A DNA stretch of 64,000 nucleotides. It comes from Phycisphaeraceae bacterium (lineage in GTDB: Bacteria > Planctomycetota > Phycisphaerae > Phycisphaerales > Phycisphaeraceae). The notes under the pieces were generated by a model. The model did not search any database. It was not told the origin of the DNA and worked only from the letters and a program-made list of their open reading frames with translations. The stretch lies in NCBI GenBank assembly GCA_963674705.1, contig OY771506.1:3904001-3968000 (forward strand). Direction: 5' to 3'. The position numbers were made by a program, and so were the translations under genes. This document shows positions 47,933-57,088 of this stretch, piece after piece. Numbering within the stretch: the first letter of the stretch is position 1; every line of letters begins with the position of its first letter.

Positions 47933-49528
47933 CTACTCGCCCGCCAGCCTCATGAGTTCGGTTTCGACCGCGTCAAACATGTAGCCGATCATCAGGGCCC
48001 GGCGGTTCGGGCGGATCATGCCGGCGTAGACATCTTCATATTCGGCGTGCAGTGCCTGCATGTCTTTCAGGATGGCGTTGACTCGGTTGCGATCTGCCTC
48101 GGGAGAGTAGCCATCCGTACGGCTTTGCAGGATCACCTCGACTGCCTGGGCGCGGTTAATGAGGTTGCGTGCCGCCAATTCCCAAAGCCTGAGTACCTCA
48201 TCACCTTTCGTCGTGTCCTGGCGAAGCGTCCGGAATAGTTCAAGGCTTTGCGTATAGTCCTGGGCACACTTCTGCGCCCGCATGATTTCGATGTCTAATC
48301 TGTCTGCCTCGATCATTTTTACGATGGCATTTTCGATATGGTCCTTACTGACAGGCAAGCAGGCCTTATCGTATCCGAGCGAGCGCGAATTGCTGAATTG
48401 GCAAAGGCCGGCCAGCCCATCGGCGGCTTTCCAGAATCGGTCGTCCTGTAAGCCATAGGCATCATTCACATACCACGCTCGGAAGTCGCTCAATGACTTG
48501 CCGGGGTTGCGCGACTGGTAGCCGAAGGCGGCGATCTGGGCGTGCTGCAATTCCCAGGGATGCAGGTGCATAGACCAGCTTGTCAGCACCGAGCCGCTTA
48601 ACCCGGGAGTCTGCATGCCTTTTTCGGCTGAGTCCCATGCGTTCCACAGGTGCAGTTCATGACGTGGTGCAAAGACATTGTCGCCGAAGCTGCTCGACCC
48701 GGGGCAGGTGACGGTGGCAAATCCCTTGTCAGCCAGGAAGTCAGCCGAGTAGAACGTCTCGGGGTCGACACCCGGCGCGTCGCCGTTGGGGAACAGGTAC
48801 TTGCCGAAGAGTTCCAGGGTTTCAGGGTTGAGTTGATCCCGCGTGCGTAAGCCGCGGTCGTCGCCCCAAATAAACACCTTGCCGTTGCCTCGCCAGATGT
48901 CGTACATCCAGTCGAACAGCATGATGTCCCGCGACAGTTCATCGATCGCCTCGTGGTGGTGCAGCACCATGTCTGCCCAGATGATCGGCGTGACGCCTCG
49001 CTCAAGCAATGGCTCTGAGACCGCGTTGATGTGCCGCATGAATATCTGCGACACGTTCAGGCCTTCCTTGTTCCATTCGCTTTGCTGGATGAAGTCGAGC
49101 TCCCGTGCTTCGTCGGCGCCGATATGAAAGTACTTGACATCCCCAAACAGGTCCATGTACTCGGCGATCCAGGCGTGGATAAGCGGGACCACCTCCGGGT
49201 GGAACGGGTTGTACTGCGAGGTATTCTCCGGATTGGCACGCAGGTGCTTGTATTTGTCGTATTGAAGCAGGTATTCGACATGCCCCAGCGTCTGGAGCAG
49301 CGGGATGTGTTCAAGCCCGAGCCCACGCGCATGTTCCAGAACCTCACGGAATTCTTCTTTGCTTAACGCATCGGGCTGGCTCGCTTCTGGTGCGGTCTCC
49401 CATACGACACTGTCCTCCATCTCCCAGACGATCGTGTTGTAGCCCATGCCCGCGAGTTCGGTCAGCCAGGCCTTGAGGTAGTCGGCCTTGTATAAGGCCA
49501 TGTTCATGTCGATGTGGAAACCAATCAT
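47933..49528 (-). CDS. GH20-family glycoside hydrolase (hexosaminidase-like), no signal peptide
   Basis: GFHID, IPLLQTLGH.EY, FHIGADE, IIWADM and DWMY. Confidence 0.85.
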   Translation of the reverse strand: MIGFHIDMNMALYKADYLKAWLTELAGMGYNTIVWEMEDSVVWETAPEASQPDALSKEEFREVLEHARGLGLEHIPLLQTLGHVEYLLQYDKYKHLRANPENTSQYNPFHPEVVPLIHAWIAEYMDLFGDVKYFHIGADEARELDFIQQSEWNKEGLNVSQIFMRHINAVSEPLLERGVTPIIWADMVLHHHEAIDELSRDIMLFDWMYDIWRGNGKVFIWGDDRGLRTRDQLNPETLELFGKYLFPNGDAPGVDPETFYSADFLADKGFATVTCPGSSSFGDNVFAPRHELHLWNAWDSAEKGMQTPGLSGSVLTSWSMHLHPWELQHAQIAAFGYQSRNPGKSLSDFRAWYVNDAYGLQDDRFWKAADGLAGLCQFSNSRSLGYDKACLPVSKDHIENAIVKMIEADRLDIEIMRAQKCAQDYTQSLELFRTLRQDTTKGDEVLRLWELAARNLINRAQAVEVILQSRTDGYSPEADRNRVNAILKDMQALHAEYEDVYAGMIRPNRRALMIGYMFDAVETELMRLAGE

Positions 49529-49778
49529 GTGTTACTCCGATGTACCTTCAGCCCCAGCTTTGTAGTCGTCACTGCACGCAACAGTACCAATGCGGCAGAT
49601 GACTTGCATTGGGACTTGAACCAATCTTAATGGTAGTCGAAATGCCTAGCGAACATCAGGTACTAGAGAACGAGGGCATTTGGCTATTCACTCACCCCAA
49701 TAAAAGACTTAACCCCCACGCCAGTAACGAACGTGAGGGCTAAGTGCGTACCACGCAAAGTTAAATAGGCCTCGTCGG

Positions 49779-50852
49779 TCAACTCACCGTCTGGCAGAGT
49801 TGGTCCTGGGCCTGCATGTAGACAAGCTCGTGTAACGGCTTGTCGCAAACGATCAGGGCAGGCTCGCAATTGGTTGCTTTTCGCAACTGATCGCTGAGCC
49901 ATTTGCCCAGATCGCGGGTATAGATCGAGCCTCGGCCGCAGAAGACGATGGCGTCGAGTCCGCTCATCGCCGCCACGGCTGCGCCGCATTGACGCATGAG
50001 CTGGTATTGGAATATCTCACGGGCTGACTTGATCGATTCATTGGCATCATCAAGCACGGCTTCCCACGTGACGGGTTGGCCGATCAGACCGAGCATGCCG
50101 CTTTCCTGGCCCAGGCAGCGGTTGATGCGGTCGGCGCCCCAACCTTGTGTGCGTGCCAGTTCGAGGACGATGCCGGGGTCGATATCGCCGCAGGCTGTCA
50201 GGCCGCACAGCCCTTCGAGTGGCGTCATGCCGCTGCTGATCATCACGGGCTTGTTCGCGATGGTCGCAGCTAGCTCGGGTCGTGGTTCGAGGCAGATTGA
50301 GATGATCTTGCCATCTGCTTTGCCGATCTGATCCGATGCCATTCGGCAGGCGTAGTCGTGATAGATGCCGTGGAACCCGCAGCGACGGGCCCGCAATTGC
50401 TGCGACAGCTTGAAGTCGATCGCATAATGGACTTCGTGCTCGGGCAGCGGCTTGTAGAAGCTAGACTTCGAAACCACGACTACAGGCGCATCCTGTGCGA
50501 CCTGCATGCATGCGCGGATCAGTCCGACCGAGCGAGGCAGGTGCAGGGGGGCTGCGGGGATAAGCGATTCAAGTTTCTCTAGTAATGCCTGATCCGCGAT
50601 CATCGGGCCGCCCACAGCGTCCGCACTATACGGCACGCACACGACGTAACCGGTGTCCTGCGGCTCCCAATGCGGGCGATTGTCCTGCTGTTCGATAGCG
50701 CGGATGATCCTGCCGAAGTCGCTGTCGTCGGCGGGGGCGTGCAACGTGCCGCTTACGACGGGCTTGCTCAATTCCGCATCGAACATCGCGTATTCAATCG
50801 TCTTGGCGGCCGGGATGAGAACTACTGTATTCATGGATCGATCTTTCTTCAC
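49779..50852 (-). CDS. Degenerate acetate-kinase-like protein
   Basis: Retains APLH.P, GFHGIYH, MTPLEGL, GDIDPG and ESG..G; lacks NxGSSS, HRxVHGG, FDTxFH and HLG. Confidence 0.8.
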   Translation of the reverse strand: MKKDRSMNTVVLIPAAKTIEYAMFDAELSKPVVSGTLHAPADDSDFGRIIRAIEQQDNRPHWEPQDTGYVVCVPYSADAVGGPMIADQALLEKLESLIPAAPLHLPRSVGLIRACMQVAQDAPVVVVSKSSFYKPLPEHEVHYAIDFKLSQQLRARRCGFHGIYHDYACRMASDQIGKADGKIISICLEPRPELAATIANKPVMISSGMTPLEGLCGLTACGDIDPGIVLELARTQGWGADRINRCLGQESGMLGLIGQPVTWEAVLDDANESIKSAREIFQYQLMRQCGAAVAAMSGLDAIVFCGRGSIYTRDLGKWLSDQLRKATNCEPALIVCDKPLHELVYMQAQDQLCQTVS

Positions 50853-52049
50853 TCAGACTGCTACGGAATCAACGGTCCGCCACGCCATTCTTGCAAGGGC
50901 CAGCTCTTCGTCCGTATGGATGACCCAGATTCTTACGGGGCTGTCGTCTGTCGCGATGTCGGCAGGCAGTTCGCCCGGATTGTTATTACGCTCAAGGTCC
51001 AGCTTGACACCAAAGCATTCCATCTCGCGGCAAGCCATCTCGCGCACCACCGGCACGGTTTCGCCAAGCGTATCCGTGAAGATGATCGTGTCGGCATTCC
51101 CGACGACCGTCAGGAACGCGCCGAGATACTTCCGCAAACGCCAGGTCGAGACACGCAGCGCCAGATCCGGCTCATCTTGCCTGGCATCATCACCGAGCAG
51201 GTCACGCAGGTCGGCAGAAGCTTGAGTCATGCCGAGGATGCCGCTGTTTTTATTGAGTAATTTTTCGGTCTTGTTGAAGTCGCCGTCCGCCTGGTGGATC
51301 AGGCGCAAGACCAGGCCGGGATCGATGTCGCCGCTGCGTGTGCTCATGACCAAGCCTTGCAGCGGGGTCAGGCCCATCGTGTTGTCTACGGAATGCCCAT
51401 CACGGATCGCACACAGGCTTGCGCCGCCGGAACCAAGGTGGCAGCTTACCGCGTTGAGTTGATCGAGCGGCTTACCAATCAGCCTCGCTGCTTCGGTGGC
51501 GACATACTCATGGCTGATGCCGTGGAATCCGTATTTGCGGATACCCATCTGCTCGGTCAACTCACGCGGAAGCGCGTAGGAGGATGCGTACTCAGGGATC
51601 GACGCATGAAAAGCCGTGTCGAACACACAGATCTGCGCCAGATCGGGTAACTGCTCACGACAGATCTTCAGCATCGTGATAGCAGGGGGGTTATGAATCG
51701 GAGCCAGGTGCTGGATCGCTTCGAGTTCGACGACGATCTGATCGTCAACGATTTCAGGTTCTTTGAAACGCGTCCCGCCGTGCACGATCCGGTGCGAGAC
51801 CACATCGGGGCGAGTGGACTTATCGCTCTGCAGTACTTCTAGAATCGCAGCGAGTGCGGGGGCGTATTCATACGAATCCAGCGTGGTGGTCGTAGTTTTA
51901 CCATTGGCGTGATGGACGAACTCAGGCGGTTGGGCGGTAGGGGCTCCGATGCGTCGTGCTTCGCCGTGGCAAAGTACGACTTCATCAGGCATCTGCCGGA
52001 TACTGTACTTCAGCGACGAACTACCGGCATTTAAAGACAACACATTCAT
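50853..52049 (-). CDS. ackA: Acetate/propionate kinase
   Basis: NAGSSSLKY, HRIVHGG, APIHNP, FDTAFH, YGFHGISH, CHLGSG, MGLTPLQG..MSTRSGDIDP and TDEE; RBS GGAGG before ATG 52049. Confidence 0.93.
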   Translation of the reverse strand: MNVLSLNAGSSSLKYSIRQMPDEVVLCHGEARRIGAPTAQPPEFVHHANGKTTTTTLDSYEYAPALAAILEVLQSDKSTRPDVVSHRIVHGGTRFKEPEIVDDQIVVELEAIQHLAPIHNPPAITMLKICREQLPDLAQICVFDTAFHASIPEYASSYALPRELTEQMGIRKYGFHGISHEYVATEAARLIGKPLDQLNAVSCHLGSGGASLCAIRDGHSVDNTMGLTPLQGLVMSTRSGDIDPGLVLRLIHQADGDFNKTEKLLNKNSGILGMTQASADLRDLLGDDARQDEPDLALRVSTWRLRKYLGAFLTVVGNADTIIFTDTLGETVPVVREMACREMECFGVKLDLERNNNPGELPADIATDDSPVRIWVIHTDEELALARMAWRTVDSVAV

Positions 52050-52119
52050 GGCCAAACTACCTCCAAGGGCCGCCAAGCAGCCGCATCACTCCAGGTACTG
52101 TCACATCAAGGGTATTGAT

Positions 52120-53334
52120 TCAGATCTCGTCGGATGTCCAGCCGAACACAGGCACGCCGATCAGGCTATGGATGATGGCGGACAGGCCGTACATCGCCTT
52201 TTCGATATTACCGGTCAGCACGTACTCACCCGGGCTATGGATCACTTGCTCATCACCCGGGCCGTAACCGATCGTCGGGATCATGAACTCATTGGCGAAC
52301 ACACCGCCTGCGGTACCCGTGCCGAACATGCCTAATTGCCAACGGTCGACAGGGGCTGGCGCCCCTGCCGCGTCGAGGGCGCGACGCGATTGCTCGACCA
52401 GTTGGCTATTGGGGTCTGTGTTCCAGGCGTTGACCACGCGATGCACCGGTGTCACACGGCCGGTGAAGTGGGGCAATCGCTTCTGGGCAATACCAACATT
52501 AACCGTCACGTGTCCAGCATCTGTAACCAGTTGCTTGACCTCATGTCGCAGGTTTTCAAGGAACTGCTCGGGCTGCACAGCAATGGGCAGACGCTCATTA
52601 ATAACCACCGTAGCCGAATCCTTTTCGAACTTGGGCGGGTGCACTTCAAAGCAGCCGAAACCGATACGGCTGTTATCACGAGCCGATTTAGCGCTCAGCC
52701 CGTTGTAGACAAACATCGCCGCGTCCCGGACCTGCTCCCTGTCTGCGCCTTCGACCCGTACTTCGACCTGCATCCAGCCGTCGTGGCCGCAATACAGACC
52801 CAGGTCGGTCGGCTCAGCGAGTATCACAAAATCAGGAGACAGGCCGGCGGCTGGGAGGGTGTGTTTCATCAGGTGGCGCACACCGACGCTGTCTCCTAAT
52901 TCTTCTGCCGTCGTAGCTGCAAAAATCAGGTTGCCACGTAGAGGAAGCATGCTGCGCTTCAACAGCTTCACCGCATACAGACAAGCGGCGATGCCGGATT
53001 TGCAGTCACTGGCGCCCGGACCATACAGGCGATCTTCTTTGATAGAGCCCGGCTCAAGCAGGTCCTGCGCCGTGTCTTCCGCCAACTCGGCGGTATCCAT
53101 ATGAGCGTTCAACATCAGCGTGGGCGAATCTTCGCGGCCGCGCAGAATGCCGACGACGTTCCCAAGCTCATCACGAAGCACTTTATCAAAGCCGACCGCT
53201 TGCATCTGTTGGGCAACCAGGTCAGCAACTTCTTTTTCATCGCCACTGGTGCTGGGGATCTGAACGAGTTGTTGCGTTAGCCGCACTGCTTCTGCTTTGA
53301 GCAGTTGGTTCTTACTTTCAAGGATGCTGTACAT
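52120..53334 (-). CDS. M20 metallohydrolase, YgeY-like
   Basis: AHMDT, LYGPGASDCK, AEE, AEPT and IPTIGYGPGDE...H...E; RBS AGGAGG. Confidence 0.88.
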   Translation of the reverse strand: MYSILESKNQLLKAEAVRLTQQLVQIPSTSGDEKEVADLVAQQMQAVGFDKVLRDELGNVVGILRGREDSPTLMLNAHMDTAELAEDTAQDLLEPGSIKEDRLYGPGASDCKSGIAACLYAVKLLKRSMLPLRGNLIFAATTAEELGDSVGVRHLMKHTLPAAGLSPDFVILAEPTDLGLYCGHDGWMQVEVRVEGADREQVRDAAMFVYNGLSAKSARDNSRIGFGCFEVHPPKFEKDSATVVINERLPIAVQPEQFLENLRHEVKQLVTDAGHVTVNVGIAQKRLPHFTGRVTPVHRVVNAWNTDPNSQLVEQSRRALDAAGAPAPVDRWQLGMFGTGTAGGVFANEFMIPTIGYGPGDEQVIHSPGEYVLTGNIEKAMYGLSAIIHSLIGVPVFGWTSDEI

Positions 53335-53397
53335 CGCATGCCTCCTGACATTACGTCTGGGTGTGAATGATTAGTTGCGAACAACCGCATCACACAT

Positions 53398-53413
53398 TGC
53401 GAAATGCATGCCA
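53398..53413 (-). promoter_or_regulatory. Sigma-54 promoter for the M20-ackA operon
   Basis: TGGCATGCATTTCGCA on the minus strand (GG-N10-GC). Confidence 0.75.
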
Positions 53414-53778
53414 AAGAAGTGGCATAGTAGTCAAGCCAAATGGGTCAAAATGGGGTGCTGTGAGTGTGATAACCACGAAAATCAACCGTTTGACCGCCTC
53501 TGGCATCAGTCTGTTCGAGCATAGACTCGCGTTTTGCATTGCATGGTTAATCGATTCGGTTTATTGGACTATCATCCCGGGCGGGCAAGCTCTCAATCGC
53601 ACGGTTGAGATAATCCAAAATCTTCATAACCACGCTTAAACAACCAAGATGTGCACAATTGAAGCTGGATGTTTGCTGGTCACACACACAAAGGGGTGCG
53701 TCAAATCCGCAAGGGTTCCGGCATTAAACCGGGTCAATAATTATCGCCTATGATACGAAATCAAGCCTGAACCACCAT

Positions 53779-53840
53779 GGCAAAATGCCCGATACTCGCA
53801 AAATGAAAGACTAGATGGTGGATCCATCGCAAAATGCGAT
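53779..53840. promoter_or_regulatory. Cluster of putative activator binding sites (GCA-AAA-TGC)
   Basis: GGCAAAATGCC 53779-89, TCGCAAAATGAAA 53796-808 and ATCGCAAAATGCGAT 53826-40; a related site lies at 53527-38. Confidence 0.65.
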
Positions 53841-53843
53841 ATA

Positions 53844-55292
53844 ATGCTGGTCAGGACAACCCAGCCAAGATCGGGATTCATGACCATGACAGGACCCTGT
53901 GACCACGCATCTACGGGCTCAAGATCGGACGATACGTTCGTTAAACCCCTAATCTGCCGAATGATAATGGATTCGGTGGCTGCCGGTATCTTTACTGTGG
54001 ACCTGGATTGGAATATCACCTTCTTCAATCGCGAGGCCGAGCGTATCACCGGGATCAGTAGTGACGAGGCCATGGGCCAATACTGGGCGGATGTCGTCCA
54101 CGCCAGCGATGCGGAGGAAGATTGTGCCCTCAAACACTCCCTGAGGACCGGCGAACCCGTCATCAACCGCGCGATCTACCTGATCGACAAAAAGGGCCAG
54201 CGCATCCCTGTCAGCATCACCACCGCGGTTCTGCGGGATGAGCAAGATAAGGTGATTGGCTGCGTCGAGTCTTTCCGTGACCTGAGCCGGGTGGAGGAAC
54301 TGCAGAAGCGTCTGCTTTCTCAATACACCTACGAAGACATCATCGGCCGAAGTGCATCTATGCGGAAGGTCTTCGAGCTATTGCCGGTCGTTGCCGAGAG
54401 TGACAGCACCGCCTTGATCGAAGGTGCAAGCGGCACAGGTAAAGAACTGGTCGCCCGTGCGATCCACAACCTCTCTTCACGAAGCAAAAAGCCGTTCGTC
54501 GCGATCAACTGCGGCGCACTGCCGGACACGTTGCTTGAGTCCGAGCTGTTTGGCTACAAGAAAGGTGCATTCACCGGTGCCGACAGAGATAAGCCCGGTC
54601 GATTCGCCCTAGCCGAGGGTGGCACGATTTTTCTCGATGAAATTGCTGATATTTCCCCAGCAATGCAGACACGTATGCTGCGTGTGCTGCAGGAGCGCGT
54701 CTACGAAGTTTTAGGCTCGGTGACCCCGGTCAAGTCCAATGTGCGTATCGTCGTCGCAAGCAACCAGAGCCTGAACAAGCTTGTCCAGGAAGGAAAATTC
54801 CGAGAGGACCTGTTTTATCGTGTCAATGTCATCCGTATCGAATTGCCGCCATTACGTGATCGACGCGTCGATATTCCGTTACTGATTGACCACTTCCTTC
54901 ACCGATTCAATCGTCTTAAAGGCAAGGATATCCACGGCGTATCGCCCGGCGCGATGTCTGTGCTGATGAGCCACGATTACCCCGGCAACGTGCGTGAGCT
55001 TGAGAACATCGTGGAGCACGCTTTCGTGCTATGTTCCAGCGGGATGATCCAGTCACGGCACCTGCCTCCCTGGCTCGAAGGGGTCACCCCGTCCGCGATC
55101 AACCAGGACGTGCTCGGCCGGATGACATTGGAACAGATCGAAAAGATGGCTATTACCGACGCCTTACGTCGGCAGAAGGGCAACCGACACGCCGCGGCAC
55201 GGGAACTCGGTATCCACCCCAGCACGCTGTTCCGCAAGATCAAATCGCTGCAGATCGACCTGCCCGACCGCGATGGGCGGAATAATAACTAG
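53844..55292 (+). CDS. PAS-domain sigma-54 enhancer-binding protein (OrpR-like); start uncertain
   Basis: PAS FNREAERITG; GASGTGKE, GAFTGA, FREDLFYR, PGNVRELEN and a Fis HTH. Confidence 0.93.
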   Translation: MLVRTTQPRSGFMTMTGPCDHASTGSRSDDTFVKPLICRMIMDSVAAGIFTVDLDWNITFFNREAERITGISSDEAMGQYWADVVHASDAEEDCALKHSLRTGEPVINRAIYLIDKKGQRIPVSITTAVLRDEQDKVIGCVESFRDLSRVEELQKRLLSQYTYEDIIGRSASMRKVFELLPVVAESDSTALIEGASGTGKELVARAIHNLSSRSKKPFVAINCGALPDTLLESELFGYKKGAFTGADRDKPGRFALAEGGTIFLDEIADISPAMQTRMLRVLQERVYEVLGSVTPVKSNVRIVVASNQSLNKLVQEGKFREDLFYRVNVIRIELPPLRDRRVDIPLLIDHFLHRFNRLKGKDIHGVSPGAMSVLMSHDYPGNVRELENIVEHAFVLCSSGMIQSRHLPPWLEGVTPSAINQDVLGRMTLEQIEKMAITDALRRQKGNRHAAARELGIHPSTLFRKIKSLQIDLPDRDGRNNN

Positions 55293-55318
55293 GGTGTGAC
55301 CATCGTAAATCGCAAGTT

Positions 55319-55334
55319 TGGCATGCACTTCGCA
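55319..55334 (+). promoter_or_regulatory. Sigma-54 promoter for the NifX-like gene
   Basis: TGGCATGCACTTCGCA; 15/16 identical to 53398-53413. Confidence 0.75.
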
Positions 55335-55347
55335 TCAAGAAAAGTGT

Positions 55348-55653
55348 ATGAAAATTGCGATCAACAGCAGTGACGGCCGCGTCTGCCCGGTCTTCGGGAG
55401 CAGCCGTGCATTTCTCGTCGTCGATCTCGTGGACGGGCAGGAGGTCTCGAGGCAAACTTACGACCAGATCGGTGAGTCCGTTGCCCAGCAGATACTCTGG
55501 CTCGAAAAAAATGAAATAGACGTCGTGATCTGTGGTGCAATCATGAACAGTATGACCGAAATGCTGCGTGCCGCCGGAATCGGTGTGCTGGACCGCGTCC
55601 GCGGCTCAGTCGACGTTGTGCTTCAACAATACCGCACTCAGACCATAATATAA
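55348..55653 (+). CDS. NifB/NifX-family (FeMo-cofactor-binding/ORP-like) protein
   Basis: MKIAI....GRV.PVF.....F.V and IDVVICGAI......L...GI.V. Confidence 0.88.
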   Translation: MKIAINSSDGRVCPVFGSSRAFLVVDLVDGQEVSRQTYDQIGESVAQQILWLEKNEIDVVICGAIMNSMTEMLRAAGIGVLDRVRGSVDVVLQQYRTQTII

Positions 55654-55827
55654 AGAAGAAAAACATATCTTCTGATGACCGATCCTGCTGTGTAAGTCTG
55701 GTCAATCATTCAATTTATCCGACTCGCCGGTTGACTTTACCCCATCAGCCTGCCATATCATTGCATCCACGGCGACTAATCCATAAATTCAACGCATGAC
55801 ACGTATGCCCACAAGCATGGGAAGACA

Positions 55828-56307
55828 ATGTTCGACTGGCTAAGCAACAGTAATGTCTGGTGGTACCTGACAGGTGTCTCGATCGTCACCTTCCTGATCA
55901 GCATCATTCTGCTACCGATCCTCGCAGCACGTATCCCGGTCGATTACTTCGAGCGTGAGGTGCGCCCGCCCAGCCGGTTCGCAGCCCTTCACCCGGTCTT
56001 GCGCATCTTCTTCATAATCTTGAAAAACACCTTTGGGGGTCTGCTCTTCCTGGCGGGTGTCGCGATGCTGGTGCTGCCCGGCAACGGCATACTTGCGATC
56101 GCCATTGCGCTTCTGATGATGGACCTGCCTGGTAAGTACAAAATCGAACGCTGGATGATCATGCGCGCCCCGGTCCGGAAATGCATCGGCTGGGTGCGGC
56201 AGAAAGCCGGACGTCCGCCGTTAATCATCCCGGATGATCTCATGCAACGCCCAAAACCCAGGACCGAATCCCTTGCCAGAGGGCGCGCAACCAGCCCGGC
56301 AAGTTGA
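55828..56307 (+). CDS. PGPGW-like membrane protein (paralog 1)
   Basis: RIPVDYF, KN..G, AMLVLPGNG, DLPGKY and W.RQKAGRPP. Confidence 0.8.
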   Translation: MFDWLSNSNVWWYLTGVSIVTFLISIILLPILAARIPVDYFEREVRPPSRFAALHPVLRIFFIILKNTFGGLLFLAGVAMLVLPGNGILAIAIALLMMDLPGKYKIERWMIMRAPVRKCIGWVRQKAGRPPLIIPDDLMQRPKPRTESLARGRATSPAS

Positions 56308-56342
56308 CCAATCACCATATGCATCAATAATCCGGGGCATCT

Positions 56343-56768
56343 ATGCCAGACTGGTTTACCGAATACGAAACGCTTTTCTGGTGGTTGACCGCCGTGTCGG
56401 CTGTCTTGTTCATCCTCACGTTGATCGCAACACCGATGCTTATCGCTCGGATACCGGAAGATTATTTTTCGAAAGAGGATCGCCCAGCAAGCCAGTTTGC
56501 GAAATTACATCCTGCATGGCGCATCTTCCTGATGGTCATTAAAAACATCCTGGGGGTGATACTCGTGATCGCTGGCCTGGCCATGCTGTTATTGCCAGGC
56601 CAAGGTCTGCTGACGCTGCTTCTTGCACTGATCCTGCTGGATATTCCCGGCAAATATCGCTTCCAACGCTGGCTGGTCTCACGCCCACGCGTCAGCAAGT
56701 CGGTTAACTGGATCCGTCAACGTGCGGGCCGACCACCGCTAATATTAACCGCCCAGTCACCCGCATAA
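56343..56768 (+). CDS. PGPGW-like membrane protein (paralog 2)
   Basis: RIPEDYF, KNILG, AMLLLPGQG, DIPGKY and WIRQRAGRPP. Confidence 0.82.
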   Translation: MPDWFTEYETLFWWLTAVSAVLFILTLIATPMLIARIPEDYFSKEDRPASQFAKLHPAWRIFLMVIKNILGVILVIAGLAMLLLPGQGLLTLLLALILLDIPGKYRFQRWLVSRPRVSKSVNWIRQRAGRPPLILTAQSPA

Positions 56769-56836
56769 CAGCAATACGATCACGGCAGACCTGGCTGACA
56801 TATTATGATGCTGGTCGATCATCAGGAGGCTTTGCC

Positions 56837-57088
56837 ATGGGTGACATCACCAGTCCGACGCTGCTCTACATCAAGGGGGGCTTGTTCCTATTGCTGGGTA
56901 TTCTGGCGGTAGGAGGGATGTTATTCATGTTCCCTGACCTGCGCCTCGCAGCTTTGCTGGCGATCGCGATCTGGGCGTTCTGCCGGGCGTACTACTTCAT
57001 CTTCTACGTGATTCAGCAATACGTCGATCCGAGCTACAAATTCGCCGGCCTGATCGACTTTGCGCGATATGTATTGCGTCGCCGTTAA
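56837..57088 (+). CDS. Small hypothetical membrane protein
   Basis: RBS AGGAGG; hydrophobic; WAFCRAYYF.FYVI..YVDP.YKFAGL. Confidence 0.8.
   Translation: MGDITSPTLLYIKGGLFLLLGILAVGGMLFMFPDLRLAALLAIAIWAFCRAYYFIFYVIQQYVDPSYKFAGLIDFARYVLRRR

Noticed and set aside
55348..55653. Nitrogen fixation gene
   Set aside because: NifX-family domains are widespread outside diazotrophs, and no nifHDK is present.
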